From Gemmatimonadota bacterium (GTDB taxonomy: Bacteria; Gemmatimonadota; Gemmatimonadetes; Longimicrobiales; Gaopeijiaceae), in assembly GCA_003562075.1 (NCBI GenBank), contig PWWP01000111.1, forward strand, positions 5,793 through 69,792: a stretch of DNA of 64,000 bases, in the 5' to 3' direction. The notes below the pieces were generated by a model. The model did not search any database. It was given only the letters and a program-made list of their open reading frames with translations, and had not been told where the DNA came from. Within the stretch, counting starts at the first letter, position 1; the number at the start of each line of letters is the position of its first letter. Below are positions 53,281 through 62,990 of this stretch, piece by piece. Position numbers and translations under genes: made by a program.

Positions 53281-54144
53281 GTGGAGCGACTAGTATTCGT
53301 AGGACCAGGGCGGGTCGGGCTCGCCCTGGGGTATGCATTGATCCAAGCCGACGCTGTGTCCTCGCTTGTCTATCATGGCCGGCGACCGGAACCTCCCTCC
53401 CACCCTCTCTTCCATCAGGGGTTGGCCGAATACCGGTACGGACTGGAGCGACCGGCTCCCGGCACCACTGCCCTCATCCTGAGCGTTCCCGATCGGGTCC
53501 TCCCTGAGATCTCGGTGGCGTTGGCTGCCCGGGGACAAGCGCCGGCTGGATGCCCGGCGATCCACACCTCAGGAGTGCAGGGAGCTGAGCCCCTGGAGCC
53601 TCTCAATCGGGTTGGATACCGGGTCGGGACCCTCCACCCCCTACAATCCATTGCCAACCCTGTGACAGGGGCTGAACGGCTTGTTGGATCCGGCTTTGCC
53701 GTATCCGGAGAACGTGAGGCCCTGGCCGTGATCCGGCGGCTGGTGGGGATCCTGGAAGGGCGAGCCATGACGATCCCAACCCATCGACGCCCCCTGTATC
53801 ACGCGTCTGCGGTTCTGGCGTCCAATTACCTGGTGGTGCTCCTTCGGGAAGCTGTACGGATCCTCCAGGAGGCCGGGGCTGGCGCCGAGGAAGCTGAGGA
53901 CGCCATTGTTGCGCTGGCTCGAGGCACCCTGACGAATATCCAGGAGCTGGGATTGGACCAGGCGCTGACGGGTCCAATCGTCCGGGGAGACCTGGAGACG
54001 GTGGAACTCCACCTCAGGACCCTGGCCCCCGACGATCGGGATCTCTACGCCCTCCTGGGCCTTCGGGCCCTGACCGGAGGGGCAGACCGGCTGTCGCCCG
54101 CGCAGATCTCAGAGTTCAAGGAACTCCTTCAACGCAATTCATGA
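53281..54144 (+). CDS. Rossmann-fold oxidoreductase-like protein with DUF2520-like C-terminal domain
   Basis: N-terminal motif is VFVGPGRVGLALG (GxGxxG). The C-terminal region RPLYHASAVLASNYLV resembles DUF2520. Confidence 0.55.
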   Translation: MERLVFVGPGRVGLALGYALIQADAVSSLVYHGRRPEPPSHPLFHQGLAEYRYGLERPAPGTTALILSVPDRVLPEISVALAARGQAPAGCPAIHTSGVQGAEPLEPLNRVGYRVGTLHPLQSIANPVTGAERLVGSGFAVSGEREALAVIRRLVGILEGRAMTIPTHRRPLYHASAVLASNYLVVLLREAVRILQEAGAGAEEAEDAIVALARGTLTNIQELGLDQALTGPIVRGDLETVELHLRTLAPDDRDLYALLGLRALTGGADRLSPAQISEFKELLQRNS

Positions 54145-54911
54145 GACTCTATATCAACGTGGACCACGTCGCTACGATCCGTCAGGCCCGTCGAACCAAC
54201 GAGCCGGACCCGGTCCGCACTGCCGTTCTGGTTGAGTTGGCTGGCGCCCATGGGATCACCGTTCACCTTCGGGAGGATCGTCGACATATCCAGGAGCGGG
54301 ATGTCCGGCTTCTCATGGAGACCTGCAGGACCGGGGTGAATCTGGAGGTGGCCATCGAGGAGGAGGTCCTCTCACTGGCCGAGGAGCTTCAGCCCATGCA
54401 GGTCACCCTGGTTCCGGAACGCAGGGAAGAGGTGACAACGGAGGGAGGATTGGCGTTGACGGAGCCGGAGGTGCAGGACCGGGTTGGCCAAGGGGTGGAT
54501 CGCCTCCGGACAGCCGGGCTGCGGGTATCGCTCTTCGTGGATCCCTCCCCGCCGGCCCTGGAGGTGGCGTCCAGCCTGGAGGCCCATGCCATCGAGCTCC
54601 ACACCGGTGAGTATGCCAATGCAAGGTCCCACGAATCCAAGGGCCGGGAGCTGGCTCGTCTGGCGGAGGCGGCGCGTCTGGGCCGGGAATTGAATCTGGC
54701 CGTCCACGCCGGACACGGCTTGACCTATGAGAACGTTCTCCCGGTGGCGGCCATTCCCCAGATCGAGGAGTTGAACATCGGGCATTCCGTCGTATCGCGT
54801 GCGATCTTCACCGGGATGGAGGAGGCCGTATCGGAGATGCTGGAGCTGATCCGGGATGCCCGGAGAGCGGTGACGGAGCCCGGCCGCTGGATTCCCCCCG
54901 TGGGATTCTGA
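54141..54911 (+). CDS. pdxJ: Pyridoxine 5'-phosphate synthase
   Basis: Motifs LYINVDHVATIRQAR, TVHLREDRRHI and HAGHGL are present. 256 aa. Confidence 0.95.
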   Translation: MRLYINVDHVATIRQARRTNEPDPVRTAVLVELAGAHGITVHLREDRRHIQERDVRLLMETCRTGVNLEVAIEEEVLSLAEELQPMQVTLVPERREEVTTEGGLALTEPEVQDRVGQGVDRLRTAGLRVSLFVDPSPPALEVASSLEAHAIELHTGEYANARSHESKGRELARLAEAARLGRELNLAVHAGHGLTYENVLPVAAIPQIEELNIGHSVVSRAIFTGMEEAVSEMLELIRDARRAVTEPGRWIPPVGF

Positions 54912-54933
54912 GGGTGGCAGGACCGGCCCCACG

Positions 54934-55962
54934 ATGAGATGGGACTGGAAGGCGACTCTGGGGCTCATCATCAGCGGCGCCCTCATCTGGTGGGTCCTCC
55001 GAGGGGTGGACCTGGCGGAGGTCTGGTCCGTGGTTCGAGAAGCCAACTGGTGGCTTCTCCTGGCCGCTGTGACCGTGGCGACCTCCGGATTCGCCATCCG
55101 TGCGCTTCGTTGGAAGCTCCTCCTCCACCCCATCACCCCTGGAACTGGATTCCGGGAGCGGTTCGCGGCGGTGAACATCGGCTTTGCGGCCAACAACCTC
55201 CTGCCGGCCCGAGTTGGTGAGTTTGCCCGAGCCTGGGCCATCTCCAGGCTGGAAAGGGTTCCGGTGAGCGGTGCCCTGGGATCCCTGGTGGTGGAGCGCT
55301 TCCTGGATGCGGTAGCCGTATTCTGCCTCCTCATCGTGGCCGTCCTCCACCCTGGCTTCCCCAGCGCCGTCACGGTGGGAGGGCAGTCCCTCCAGACGCT
55401 GGTGGTGACCCTCGTGATACTCCTCTCCGGCTTGATGGCAGGGTTGATCGTACTGGTGCTCTTTCCTGGCCCCTTCTTGACCCTGACCCGCCGGATGGCT
55501 GTCGTCCTCCCCGATCGGGCAGCTCGGATCCTGGTGGATGGCCTCTCCTCCTTCCTGGTGGGACTCCGTTCGTTGCAGGACCCCAGGCTGCTCCTGGGGG
55601 CTCTGGCCTGGTCCTTCGGTTTCTGGGCCTGGAACGCCGTCTCTTTCTGGCTCGGGTTCCGGGCCTTTGGTATCGAGGAAGGATATGCTGCAGCCCTCTT
55701 CGTACAGGCCATCATTGCCATTGGCGTAGCGATTCCCTCAGCACCGGGATTCTTCGGTACCTTCCACGCTGCTGCAGTGGTGGGGCTCCACGAGGTGTTC
55801 GGTGCCGGTGAGAGCGCCACTTTGGCCTTCGCTTTCGGTTATCACCTGGGAGGGTTCATTCCAGTGACTCTCATGGGGCTCTGGTATGCGGCCCACCTTG
55901 GGATGTCCTGGAGCGAACTTGGGCAGGCTGAGGAACGCGTGGAGGAGGAGACGGAGATATGA
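54934..55962 (+). CDS. UPF0104 / lysylphosphatidylglycerol-synthase-TM-region-like (flippase-like) membrane protein
   Basis: 342 aa with about 8 TM helices. The N-terminal pattern is LIISGALIWWVLRGVDLAEVW and RALRWKLLL. Confidence 0.55.
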   Translation: MRWDWKATLGLIISGALIWWVLRGVDLAEVWSVVREANWWLLLAAVTVATSGFAIRALRWKLLLHPITPGTGFRERFAAVNIGFAANNLLPARVGEFARAWAISRLERVPVSGALGSLVVERFLDAVAVFCLLIVAVLHPGFPSAVTVGGQSLQTLVVTLVILLSGLMAGLIVLVLFPGPFLTLTRRMAVVLPDRAARILVDGLSSFLVGLRSLQDPRLLLGALAWSFGFWAWNAVSFWLGFRAFGIEEGYAAALFVQAIIAIGVAIPSAPGFFGTFHAAAVVGLHEVFGAGESATLAFAFGYHLGGFIPVTLMGLWYAAHLGMSWSELGQAEERVEEETEI

Positions 55963-55966
55963 ACCC

Positions 55967-56893
55967 ATGACTCATCCCCCTGAGACCCTGAGATGGGAGG
56001 GACGTGCGCCGGCAAAGGTCAACCTTTTCCTGAGAGTCCTGGCCCGAGAAGAGAGCGGATTCCACCAGATCGAAACACTATTCCAGGCTCTGGAGCTCTC
56101 CGACAGCATCCGGGTGGAATTGGTGGACCGTCCCGGAATCCACCTGGATGTGGATGGAGCGGAGGAGGGATCGCTGGGTCCGATGGAGAAGAACCTGGCG
56201 GTGAAGGGAGCCCGGGCCTGGCTGGAGGCCTACCGGGAGGTGGGCGGAACGGCGCTGGCTGGCGGGGCGGGCGGCATCCAGATCCACCTGGAGAAGAAGA
56301 TTCCCCACGGCGGAGGCCTGGGCGGAGGCTCCTCGGATGCAGCTGCCGTTCTGCGGGGTCTGGAGGAACTCCACCAGCATCCTCTGGGAAGAGAGAGGTT
56401 GATCCCTCTGGCTGCCGGGCTTGGGGCGGATGTGGCCTTCTTTGCGCTTGACGTTTCTCGGGCTCTGGCGTGGGGGCGAGGGGATCGCCTTCTCCCCCTG
56501 TCGACTCTGCCAGTGCGAAGCGTACTTCTGGCTCGACCTCCATTCCGAATCAGTACGCCGTGGGCCTATGAGGAGTTGGCTCGGCATCGGTCGAGGGAGA
56601 GATTGACCCATGCTGGCGGAAAGGTCGTGGATGCGGTTGAGCTGGAGAGTTGGCCGGGCATGGTGGGACTTGGCGAGAACGCCTTCGAGGGGGCGCTGGA
56701 TCCCAGATACCCCCAACTGGCCCTGATCCGGTCGACCCTGCTTGGCGCAGGTGCCGAAGTGGCCCTCCTATCGGGGAGCGGATCCACCGTGTTCGGCCTC
56801 TTTCCCGACGAAGAACTCCTGGCTCAGGCGATGACTGCTCTCACCCGTGAACACCCGGACTGCATGCTCACCTCTACCAGGACGGCAGGCTGA
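55967..56893 (+). CDS. ispE: 4-diphosphocytidyl-2-C-methyl-D-erythritol kinase
   Basis: Start at ATG 55967. Motifs are APAKVNLFLRVL and the GHMP motif KKIPHGGGLGGGSSDAAAVL. Confidence 0.9.
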   Translation: MTHPPETLRWEGRAPAKVNLFLRVLAREESGFHQIETLFQALELSDSIRVELVDRPGIHLDVDGAEEGSLGPMEKNLAVKGARAWLEAYREVGGTALAGGAGGIQIHLEKKIPHGGGLGGGSSDAAAVLRGLEELHQHPLGRERLIPLAAGLGADVAFFALDVSRALAWGRGDRLLPLSTLPVRSVLLARPPFRISTPWAYEELARHRSRERLTHAGGKVVDAVELESWPGMVGLGENAFEGALDPRYPQLALIRSTLLGAGAEVALLSGSGSTVFGLFPDEELLAQAMTALTREHPDCMLTSTRTAG

Positions 56894-56972
56894 CTCCTGC
56901 GCATCGTCGAGGCTGCCCAACGACCTGGGGGCTCCGTGGCGACGCAACCCTCTGGGCGCCCAGGGGTTGCGG

Positions 56973-57638
56973 TCATTCGGGGGAGCTGGATCCGTCGGAA
57001 GAGAGCCATCCCTGGGTGACCGCATAGCGAACGATCTCCGCCCGGGTCTGCAATCCCAGCTTCGTTGTGATCCGCGACCGGTAGGTCTCCACCGTCCGGG
57101 GACTGATGTCGAGCTTCTTTCCGATCGACTTGTTGCTATGCCCCCATGCAATGAGGCGGAGTACCTCCTCCTCCCGGGAGCTGAGCACGTCCACGGAGGG
57201 GGAAGCCCCCCTCGTGCGAGCGCTTCTGCTCAGAACGGGACCGGCCAGGATCGGATCCACGTATGTCTGCCCGGAAGCCACGGTACGTATGGCACGCACC
57301 AGATCGGCGGCGGGCGACTGCTTGAGGACGTATCCTGTCGCTCCCGCCTGGAGCATGCGATTCAGGTGAGCCCGGTCGTCATGTCTGGTCAGGGCGAGGA
57401 CGCTCACCTCAGGGCAGCACTTCCGGATGAGTTTCGTGGCCTCCATCCCATCGGTCTTGGGCATGGAAACGTCGAGGACAGCCACGTCGGGACGGTGCTC
57501 ACACGCAAGGTGCACGGCTTCGTTCCCGTCTCGGCCCTGGGCCACGACCTCGATGTCGTCGGCCTGTTCGAGCACGTCCCGGAGTCCTCGCAAAACCACC
57601 CCGTGGTCGTCGACGATGAGTACGCGAAGGGGCTTCAT
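56973..57638 (-). CDS. NarL/FixJ (LuxR-type) response regulator
   Basis: The receiver has VLIVDDH and VAVLDVSMP. The C-terminal HTH is LSSREEEVLRLIAWGHSNKSIGKKLDISPRTVETYRSRI. The start overlaps the kinase stop by 4 nt. Confidence 0.9.
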   Translation of the reverse strand: MKPLRVLIVDDHGVVLRGLRDVLEQADDIEVVAQGRDGNEAVHLACEHRPDVAVLDVSMPKTDGMEATKLIRKCCPEVSVLALTRHDDRAHLNRMLQAGATGYVLKQSPAADLVRAIRTVASGQTYVDPILAGPVLSRSARTRGASPSVDVLSSREEEVLRLIAWGHSNKSIGKKLDISPRTVETYRSRITTKLGLQTRAEIVRYAVTQGWLSSDGSSSPE

Positions 57639-60600
57639 GGTGCTTCCTTCGGGTCCGACCTGTCGCCAGACATGATTCCCTTTCGGCTCAGCGGGGTGGT
57701 GATCCGTATGCGAGTCCCCTGGTCGGGGGCGGTATCGATCTCAACGGTTCCACCGGTCATGCGGATGCGCTCCCGGACCGAGAAGAGGCCAAGACCAGTC
57801 CGGCGGTTTCTGGAACGGCCGGTCTTATCGAGATCGAAGCCGACCCCCTCGTCGGACACCGTGATCTCGATGGAGTCTCCCTTGCGGTGGAGCATGACGG
57901 TCGCCTCCAGTACGCCGGCGTGTTTGACTACGTTGAAGAGCAGCTCGCGGACGACCTGGAAGAGGAGTACGTCCTTGTTTTCACCGCCGAGGTGGTCCTC
58001 GTACTCCACGTGCAGGGCGATCTCCAATTGATGCCTTTCCGACATCCGGCTGGCGAGCCATTCCAGCGCCTCGGCGAGGCCGTCGCCCTGAAGGACGGGC
58101 GGGACCAGATCCACTGACAGCTCACGGGTAGATGCGATTGCGTCCCCGATCCAGTGGAGCGCCTCCCGAAGGTCCTGGCTGAGCTCCGGCTTGCCGACTG
58201 CCCTGAGGGCGTTGGTGAGGGACTCCAGGCGGAGTTGGATGCCGAAGAGCAATTGCTGCAGGTCGTCGTGGAGGAACTGTCCGATGCGGCGGCGCTCCTC
58301 CTGCTCGGCCATCATCAGAGTCCGGCCCAGCTCCCGCAGCGGAACGGTGGTCCTCTGCCGCTCGATGAAGCTCGCCGCCAAGCGCGTATAGAGCCGCAAG
58401 CGGTCCAAGTCCTGCTCGCCCGGCCGATGCGGAGAGGCGAAGTACACGGAGAGGACGCCCAGGACGGTGCCCTCGCTGCCGATCAGGGGTGCGCTGGTCA
58501 CAGCCCGGTAACCGGATGAGCGTGGAGGTGAGAGCAGAGGGGCGTATGTCTGGTCGGTCTCCATGTCCTCGATGACCATCACATCATGGGTGCGGAGCAC
58601 GCCGTCGTACGCCGCATCCTCCGAAGGACCCACCTCATCGAGAGAACCAACCGATTTCGGGTCGAATCCGTGCTCTGCCAGGGTCTGGAGGCGCCCATTG
58701 TCGAGAAGCTGGATGTTGCCCTTGTCGCCGTCCAGCAGAGAGATCGTCCCTTCCAGCATCTCGTCGAGGCCTTCCTCGATCCCTGGCGCCTGCCACAGCC
58801 GTTCGCTGAGCTCGTTCAGGCGGGCCAGCGCCTGAGCTTCAGCCGCCAGTCGCGCCTCACTCTCGCGTACTGCCGTGAGGGCCTCCTTGCGCCCGGTGAT
58901 GTCGACGGCGTATTTGACGATCGTGCCGTCACCCAGGTCAGCGGCGACCAGCATCAGCCAGAGCCGGGACCCATCCTCCCGGACGTACTCCTTCTCGTAG
59001 GGGACGCCGGCTCCGGTCTCCAGCACCGTGTTCAACAGGTGCTCGCCCGCTTCTCCGTGTCCCGGGGGTGTGAAGTCGCGCCACGTGAGGGACTCCCCCT
59101 CGAACTTCTCCCGGTCGTGGCCGAGCATCTCCAGGACCGCATCGTTTGCGTAGAGCAGGTTGCCTTCGTAATCGAACGTCAGGACCCCGACACGGGGAAC
59201 ATTCACCATTCGCTTCAGCCGCTGCTCATTGCGGCGGAGCTTTTCCTCGGACCGTTTCCTTTCGGTGATGTCGCGGATGCCGAGCAGGATGAGCTGCACG
59301 TGGTCCAGGCGACGCGCGTTGACCAGCATGATGCGTTCGCCGATGTCCTGGAATTCGTGCCGGACCTCGAAGTCGGTGAACACATCGTTGGAAGGCAACA
59401 CATCTTCGAGCAGTTCCCGGAGGCCCGGGATATCCCACTGCCCATTTCCCAGCTCGTAGATCTTGCGCCCGATCGTCGCCTTCCGTTCGACCTCGAAGTG
59501 TTCGTAGAAAGCCTCGTTGGCAGATTGGACTCTCAGGTCCGGCGTCAGTACGATGAGCGGCTCATGGAGCGTCTCAACAATGCTCTCCGCATAGATCTTG
59601 GCCTCCTGGATGGCCTCCTCTGCCTCTTTCCGCTCCGTGATATCGACAAACGTGATGACGACGCCCTCGATCCGGTCTTCGGTGGAGCGATAAGGGGTGA
59701 TGTTCGTCAGGAACCAGCGCTCGTCCACGCTCCGGACCTCGCGCTTGAGTGGCACCAGGGAGTCGAGGACCTGCTGTGCGTCCGATTCTACGGCGATGTC
59801 ACCGAGCCGGTGCGTGAGATCGGAGATGGGTCGACCGCGGTCGGCAGGCCGCACGTTGAAGAGTTCCGTCAGTGGCGGCGTGAAGCGCATGATGCGTAGC
59901 TGCCGATCAAGGAAGAGCGTGGCGACGTCGGTGGCTGAAAGGAGGTTCTGTAGATCGCTGGAGAGTTGGGCCAACTCCTCCACCTTGTACCGGTTTTCCT
60001 GGTTGACGGTGGCCAACTCCTCATTCATCGACTGAAGTTCCTCCTTGCTCGTCTCCAGCTCCTCCGTCGTGGAGCGTAGCTCCTCGTTGATGGACTGGAG
60101 CTCCTCATTGGAGGCCTGCATTTCCTCCTGGCTCGTCTCGTGCTCTCCGATGACAGCCTGCAGGTGTGCGCGGGCAGCGGTCAGCTCCTCCTCCAACTCT
60201 TGAACACGGCCTTCGGGCGCGCCCTCTTCACCCGCTTCTCCTGATTCAGGTGCAGGGACCTCGTCGAAGATGACCAGGTAGAGATTTGCCAGTTCGTCGT
60301 CATCAGCCGGGTGCACGCGTACCATGACGTGGGCCGTCTCGCCTCCGACTTCGAGACGGACCGGTTTCGATCGATGGGCCTCTTTCCGATCGCGCGCGGC
60401 GAGAAGTCCGGCGCGCAGCACCAGGCGTAGCGGCTCTCGGACCAGGCGGAAGACATCGTTCGTGGGCTCACCCGCGGGAACTGTCAGGTACTTCTTGGCC
60501 TGGGCCGATGAGTGCACCAAAGCGTGGTCCTCGTTCACCAGGACGCTTGGTGGCGCATACTGCTCGACCATCGTCAGGTGGAGTGTGCCGGCATCGGGGG

Positions 60601-62134
60601 CTCCCCTGGCCCGCTGCAGGACATCCAGGTCGCGACGGGCGAATCGGGGAGCGGGCAGGGAAAAGACTGGCAGTCGCGGCTCCTGTGCGGGAACCTCGCG
60701 ACGGCGGTATATGCGGTGCGATTTGTCCGTGCGCCGGAAGAGTTCGGAGTGCTCGATCGTCTCGGAGCTTCCAAGCAACAAGTAGCCGCCCGGTCTGAGC
60801 GCGTAGTGGAAGAGCGAGATGATCTCCTCCTGCCCCTCGCGCTGCAGATAGATCAACATATTCCGGCAGCTGATCAGATCGAGGTGCGAGAAGGGCGGGT
60901 CCGCCATCACGTTGTGCGGCGCGAAGACGACCGTGTCGCGGACCTCCGGTCGGATGCGGTAGTGATCATTCTCCCGGACGAAGAACCGCTCCAGGCGTTC
61001 GGGAGGAATGTCGGCTTCGATGGTGTCCGGATAGAGCCCGGCTCGGGCGCACCGGAGCGAGGACTCGCGGAGGTCGGTGGCGAATATCTGGATCTTGGGC
61101 GGCCGGTCGAGTCGCGACGCGTGCTCCAGCAGAAGGATGGCCAGCGAGTAGGCTTCCTCACCGGTGGCGCACCCCACGGACCAGGCTCGGACCTGATCCT
61201 GCTCGGACTTTCCTTCGAACAGAGTCGGAATGAGACTGCGCTTGAGGACGGCGAAGGTCTGCGGATCCCGGAAGAAGGTGGTGACCGTGATGAGCAGATC
61301 CTCGAAGAGCTGCTCGACCTCATCGTGGTCGCTGCGGAGACGCTCGGCGTACTCCTCCAGATTCTCGATCTGCTGGAGCTGCATGCGCCGGTGGATGCGG
61401 CGCATGAGGGTGGCCGGCTTGTATCGACTGAAGTCATGGCCGGTGCGGGCGCGAACCTGGGTGAGGATCTTCTCTCGCCCGTTCCGCCCGATCTCCTCGA
61501 CTTGGTCGAGCACCGGCACCACGGGCTCGGAGGTGGCGAATCGAACGATCTGTTCTGGCATCTCCGAGAGTGCGAGGACCCGGTCGACGACGCCTCTGGA
61601 AACGGCGTTCTGTGGCATCGCGTCGTATTCGGCCTCGACGGGGTCCTGCGCGATGGTAAGCCCGCCGCGCTCGCGGATCTTCTGTAGCCCCAAGGTGCCG
61701 TCGGAGCCCGTGCCGGTAAGGACCACCCCAATGGCCGTCCGGTGGTGCGCCTCAGCCAAGGTCTCGAAGAAGTGATCGATGGGTGCGCGCCGATTGCGCT
61801 CCTCTTCAAGCTCCGAAAGGCGCAGGTGGGTGTCCACTGCCGTGAGATTGGCCCCCGGTGGAATCACGTACACATGATTCGGCTCCATCTGGACCGTTTC
61901 AGCCACTTGCGTGACCGGCATCTTCGTGTGGGTCTGGAGCAGATCCGGAAGGTGGCTCTCATGCTTTGGCGACAGGTGCACCACGACCACGAAGGCGAGG
62001 CCGGAATCGGAGGGCATGTTCCGGAACAACTCCTTCAGTGCGGCCAATCCTCCGGCCGATGCTCCGATGCCCACGACCGGAAGCAGCTCGGAGCGGCTGG
62101 AGGGCTTGCCGGCTTCGGTCTCGCCAGAGGCCAT
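57635..62134 (-). CDS. Giant hybrid sensor: CheB-like methylesterase + CheR-like methyltransferase + coiled coil + three PAS + GAF + HisKA_3/HATPase histidine kinase
   Basis: Start set at ATG 62134, giving 1499 aa. CheB part: VGIGASAGGL and TGTGSDGT. CheR part: WSVGCATGEEAYS and CRNMLIY. The coiled coil is EEMQASNEELQSINEELRSTTEELETSKEELQSMNEEL. The kinase H-box is FLHDDLQQ and its G-box is SDEGVGFD...GLGL. Confidence 0.85.
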   Translation of the reverse strand: MASGETEAGKPSSRSELLPVVGIGASAGGLAALKELFRNMPSDSGLAFVVVVHLSPKHESHLPDLLQTHTKMPVTQVAETVQMEPNHVYVIPPGANLTAVDTHLRLSELEEERNRRAPIDHFFETLAEAHHRTAIGVVLTGTGSDGTLGLQKIRERGGLTIAQDPVEAEYDAMPQNAVSRGVVDRVLALSEMPEQIVRFATSEPVVPVLDQVEEIGRNGREKILTQVRARTGHDFSRYKPATLMRRIHRRMQLQQIENLEEYAERLRSDHDEVEQLFEDLLITVTTFFRDPQTFAVLKRSLIPTLFEGKSEQDQVRAWSVGCATGEEAYSLAILLLEHASRLDRPPKIQIFATDLRESSLRCARAGLYPDTIEADIPPERLERFFVRENDHYRIRPEVRDTVVFAPHNVMADPPFSHLDLISCRNMLIYLQREGQEEIISLFHYALRPGGYLLLGSSETIEHSELFRRTDKSHRIYRRREVPAQEPRLPVFSLPAPRFARRDLDVLQRARGAPDAGTLHLTMVEQYAPPSVLVNEDHALVHSSAQAKKYLTVPAGEPTNDVFRLVREPLRLVLRAGLLAARDRKEAHRSKPVRLEVGGETAHVMVRVHPADDDELANLYLVIFDEVPAPESGEAGEEGAPEGRVQELEEELTAARAHLQAVIGEHETSQEEMQASNEELQSINEELRSTTEELETSKEELQSMNEELATVNQENRYKVEELAQLSSDLQNLLSATDVATLFLDRQLRIMRFTPPLTELFNVRPADRGRPISDLTHRLGDIAVESDAQQVLDSLVPLKREVRSVDERWFLTNITPYRSTEDRIEGVVITFVDITERKEAEEAIQEAKIYAESIVETLHEPLIVLTPDLRVQSANEAFYEHFEVERKATIGRKIYELGNGQWDIPGLRELLEDVLPSNDVFTDFEVRHEFQDIGERIMLVNARRLDHVQLILLGIRDITERKRSEEKLRRNEQRLKRMVNVPRVGVLTFDYEGNLLYANDAVLEMLGHDREKFEGESLTWRDFTPPGHGEAGEHLLNTVLETGAGVPYEKEYVREDGSRLWLMLVAADLGDGTIVKYAVDITGRKEALTAVRESEARLAAEAQALARLNELSERLWQAPGIEEGLDEMLEGTISLLDGDKGNIQLLDNGRLQTLAEHGFDPKSVGSLDEVGPSEDAAYDGVLRTHDVMVIEDMETDQTYAPLLSPPRSSGYRAVTSAPLIGSEGTVLGVLSVYFASPHRPGEQDLDRLRLYTRLAASFIERQRTTVPLRELGRTLMMAEQEERRRIGQFLHDDLQQLLFGIQLRLESLTNALRAVGKPELSQDLREALHWIGDAIASTRELSVDLVPPVLQGDGLAEALEWLASRMSERHQLEIALHVEYEDHLGGENKDVLLFQVVRELLFNVVKHAGVLEATVMLHRKGDSIEITVSDEGVGFDLDKTGRSRNRRTGLGLFSVRERIRMTGGTVEIDTAPDQGTRIRITTPLSRKGIMSGDRSDPKEAP

Positions 62135-62312
62135 CGTGTCGCCCCGGTGCTGTTGGGGTCTACTATCCAACGACGTCCCCTTGGAATGGACCAGATAATT
62201 TCGTTGATTCCGTGACTTACTCCTCTGGAAAGGTCGCTCCGCAGGCTTCCAGAAGCAAATACAGGAGGGCACGATCGTATTGCCCTGGAGGGCCGTCGAA
62301 GAAGGACAAGGC

Positions 62313-62368
62313 ACGCCGTTCAGAGTGCCAGGGAGCCGAATCCGAGGCGCGCCCTTCTGAACGGGCGT
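62313..62368 (-). terminator. Hairpin immediately downstream of the small ORF 62369..62590
   Basis: acgccgttcaga (62313-62324) pairs with tctgaacgggcgt (62356-62368), 12 bp with one bulge. On the minus strand it is followed by the moderately U-rich CCUUGUCCUUCUUC. Confidence 0.35.
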
Positions 62369-62590
62369 TCAGGCATCCCCTTCGTCGCTGACAAGGAGAC
62401 TTTCAGTGCCGGAGATGAAAAGGCTCGTCATATCGAAGAAGGTCTCGCAGATCATCGGCCCTGAGCTCTCGGACGCATCGTCCGTTTCCACCAAAAGGCT
62501 GTTGAAGAAGTAGAGGAGCCACATCCGGATCAGCCTCCCGATCCGCAGAAGCACACGCCACAAGGCGGGTTCCTTGGCGTGCCGGGCCAT
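62369..62590 (-). CDS. Candidate small protein (73 aa), hydrophobic N-half and acidic C-half
   Basis: ATG preceded by AGGTGAGG. An in-frame stop lies two codons upstream. About 80 percent G/C at third codon positions by hand count. A hairpin directly follows the stop. No recognisable family. Confidence 0.3.
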   Translation of the reverse strand: MARHAKEPALWRVLLRIGRLIRMWLLYFFNSLLVETDDASESSGPMICETFFDMTSLFISGTESLLVSDEGDA

Positions 62591-62832
62591 GCCTCACCTG
62601 GGACCGTCCGCTGTGGTCAACCGGACAACGGGTGTGCCCTGTCCAGGTTTCGTTTTCCGGGACCGAGCATGGACCGCACGCAGCCAAGGATCGCAGTGCC
62701 CGGAGCCGTGTCCTGGTGCCGATTGGAAGCGCCCGCAAAGTCGGGATCCGATGGTTTTCCGACTCGTTTGAAACGGATGGATTGCCGCTCGCCCTCCTCG
62801 TCCAGGTACTGGAACAGCTCGTGTCCTGGCAG

Positions 62833-62869
62833 CTCATGACAGGCCTGGAGGATCCCGGCCTGTCATGAG
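62833..62869. repeat. Perfect 13-bp inverted repeat with 11-nt spacer
   Basis: ctcatgacaggcc (62833-62845) and ggcctgtcatgag (62857-62869) are exact reverse complements. The repeat lies about 120 nt downstream of the sigma-54 activator gene. Confidence 0.8.
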
Positions 62870-62990
62870 TCATCCAGGCCCAACTCGTGGACCTGAGGAG
62901 CGCATACGGCTGAACTTGTGTCGAGCTGCTTCTTCGATCCACAAGATAGAATCCGAGCGCTTGTCGTCGAGCCTCGGGGTCGTGGGAGGA

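Noticed and set aside
62311-62335. Sigma-54 promoter-like CTGGCACTCTGAACGGC on the minus strand upstream of the giant kinase. A GGGCAC-N7-TTGCC also occurs on the plus strand at about 62268-62285.
   Set aside because: The -12 element is ACGGC rather than TTGC, and the GG/GC spacing is off by one. The plus-strand candidate has a spacing error of two and no downstream gene. The first site is better explained as one arm of the hairpin after the 73-aa ORF.
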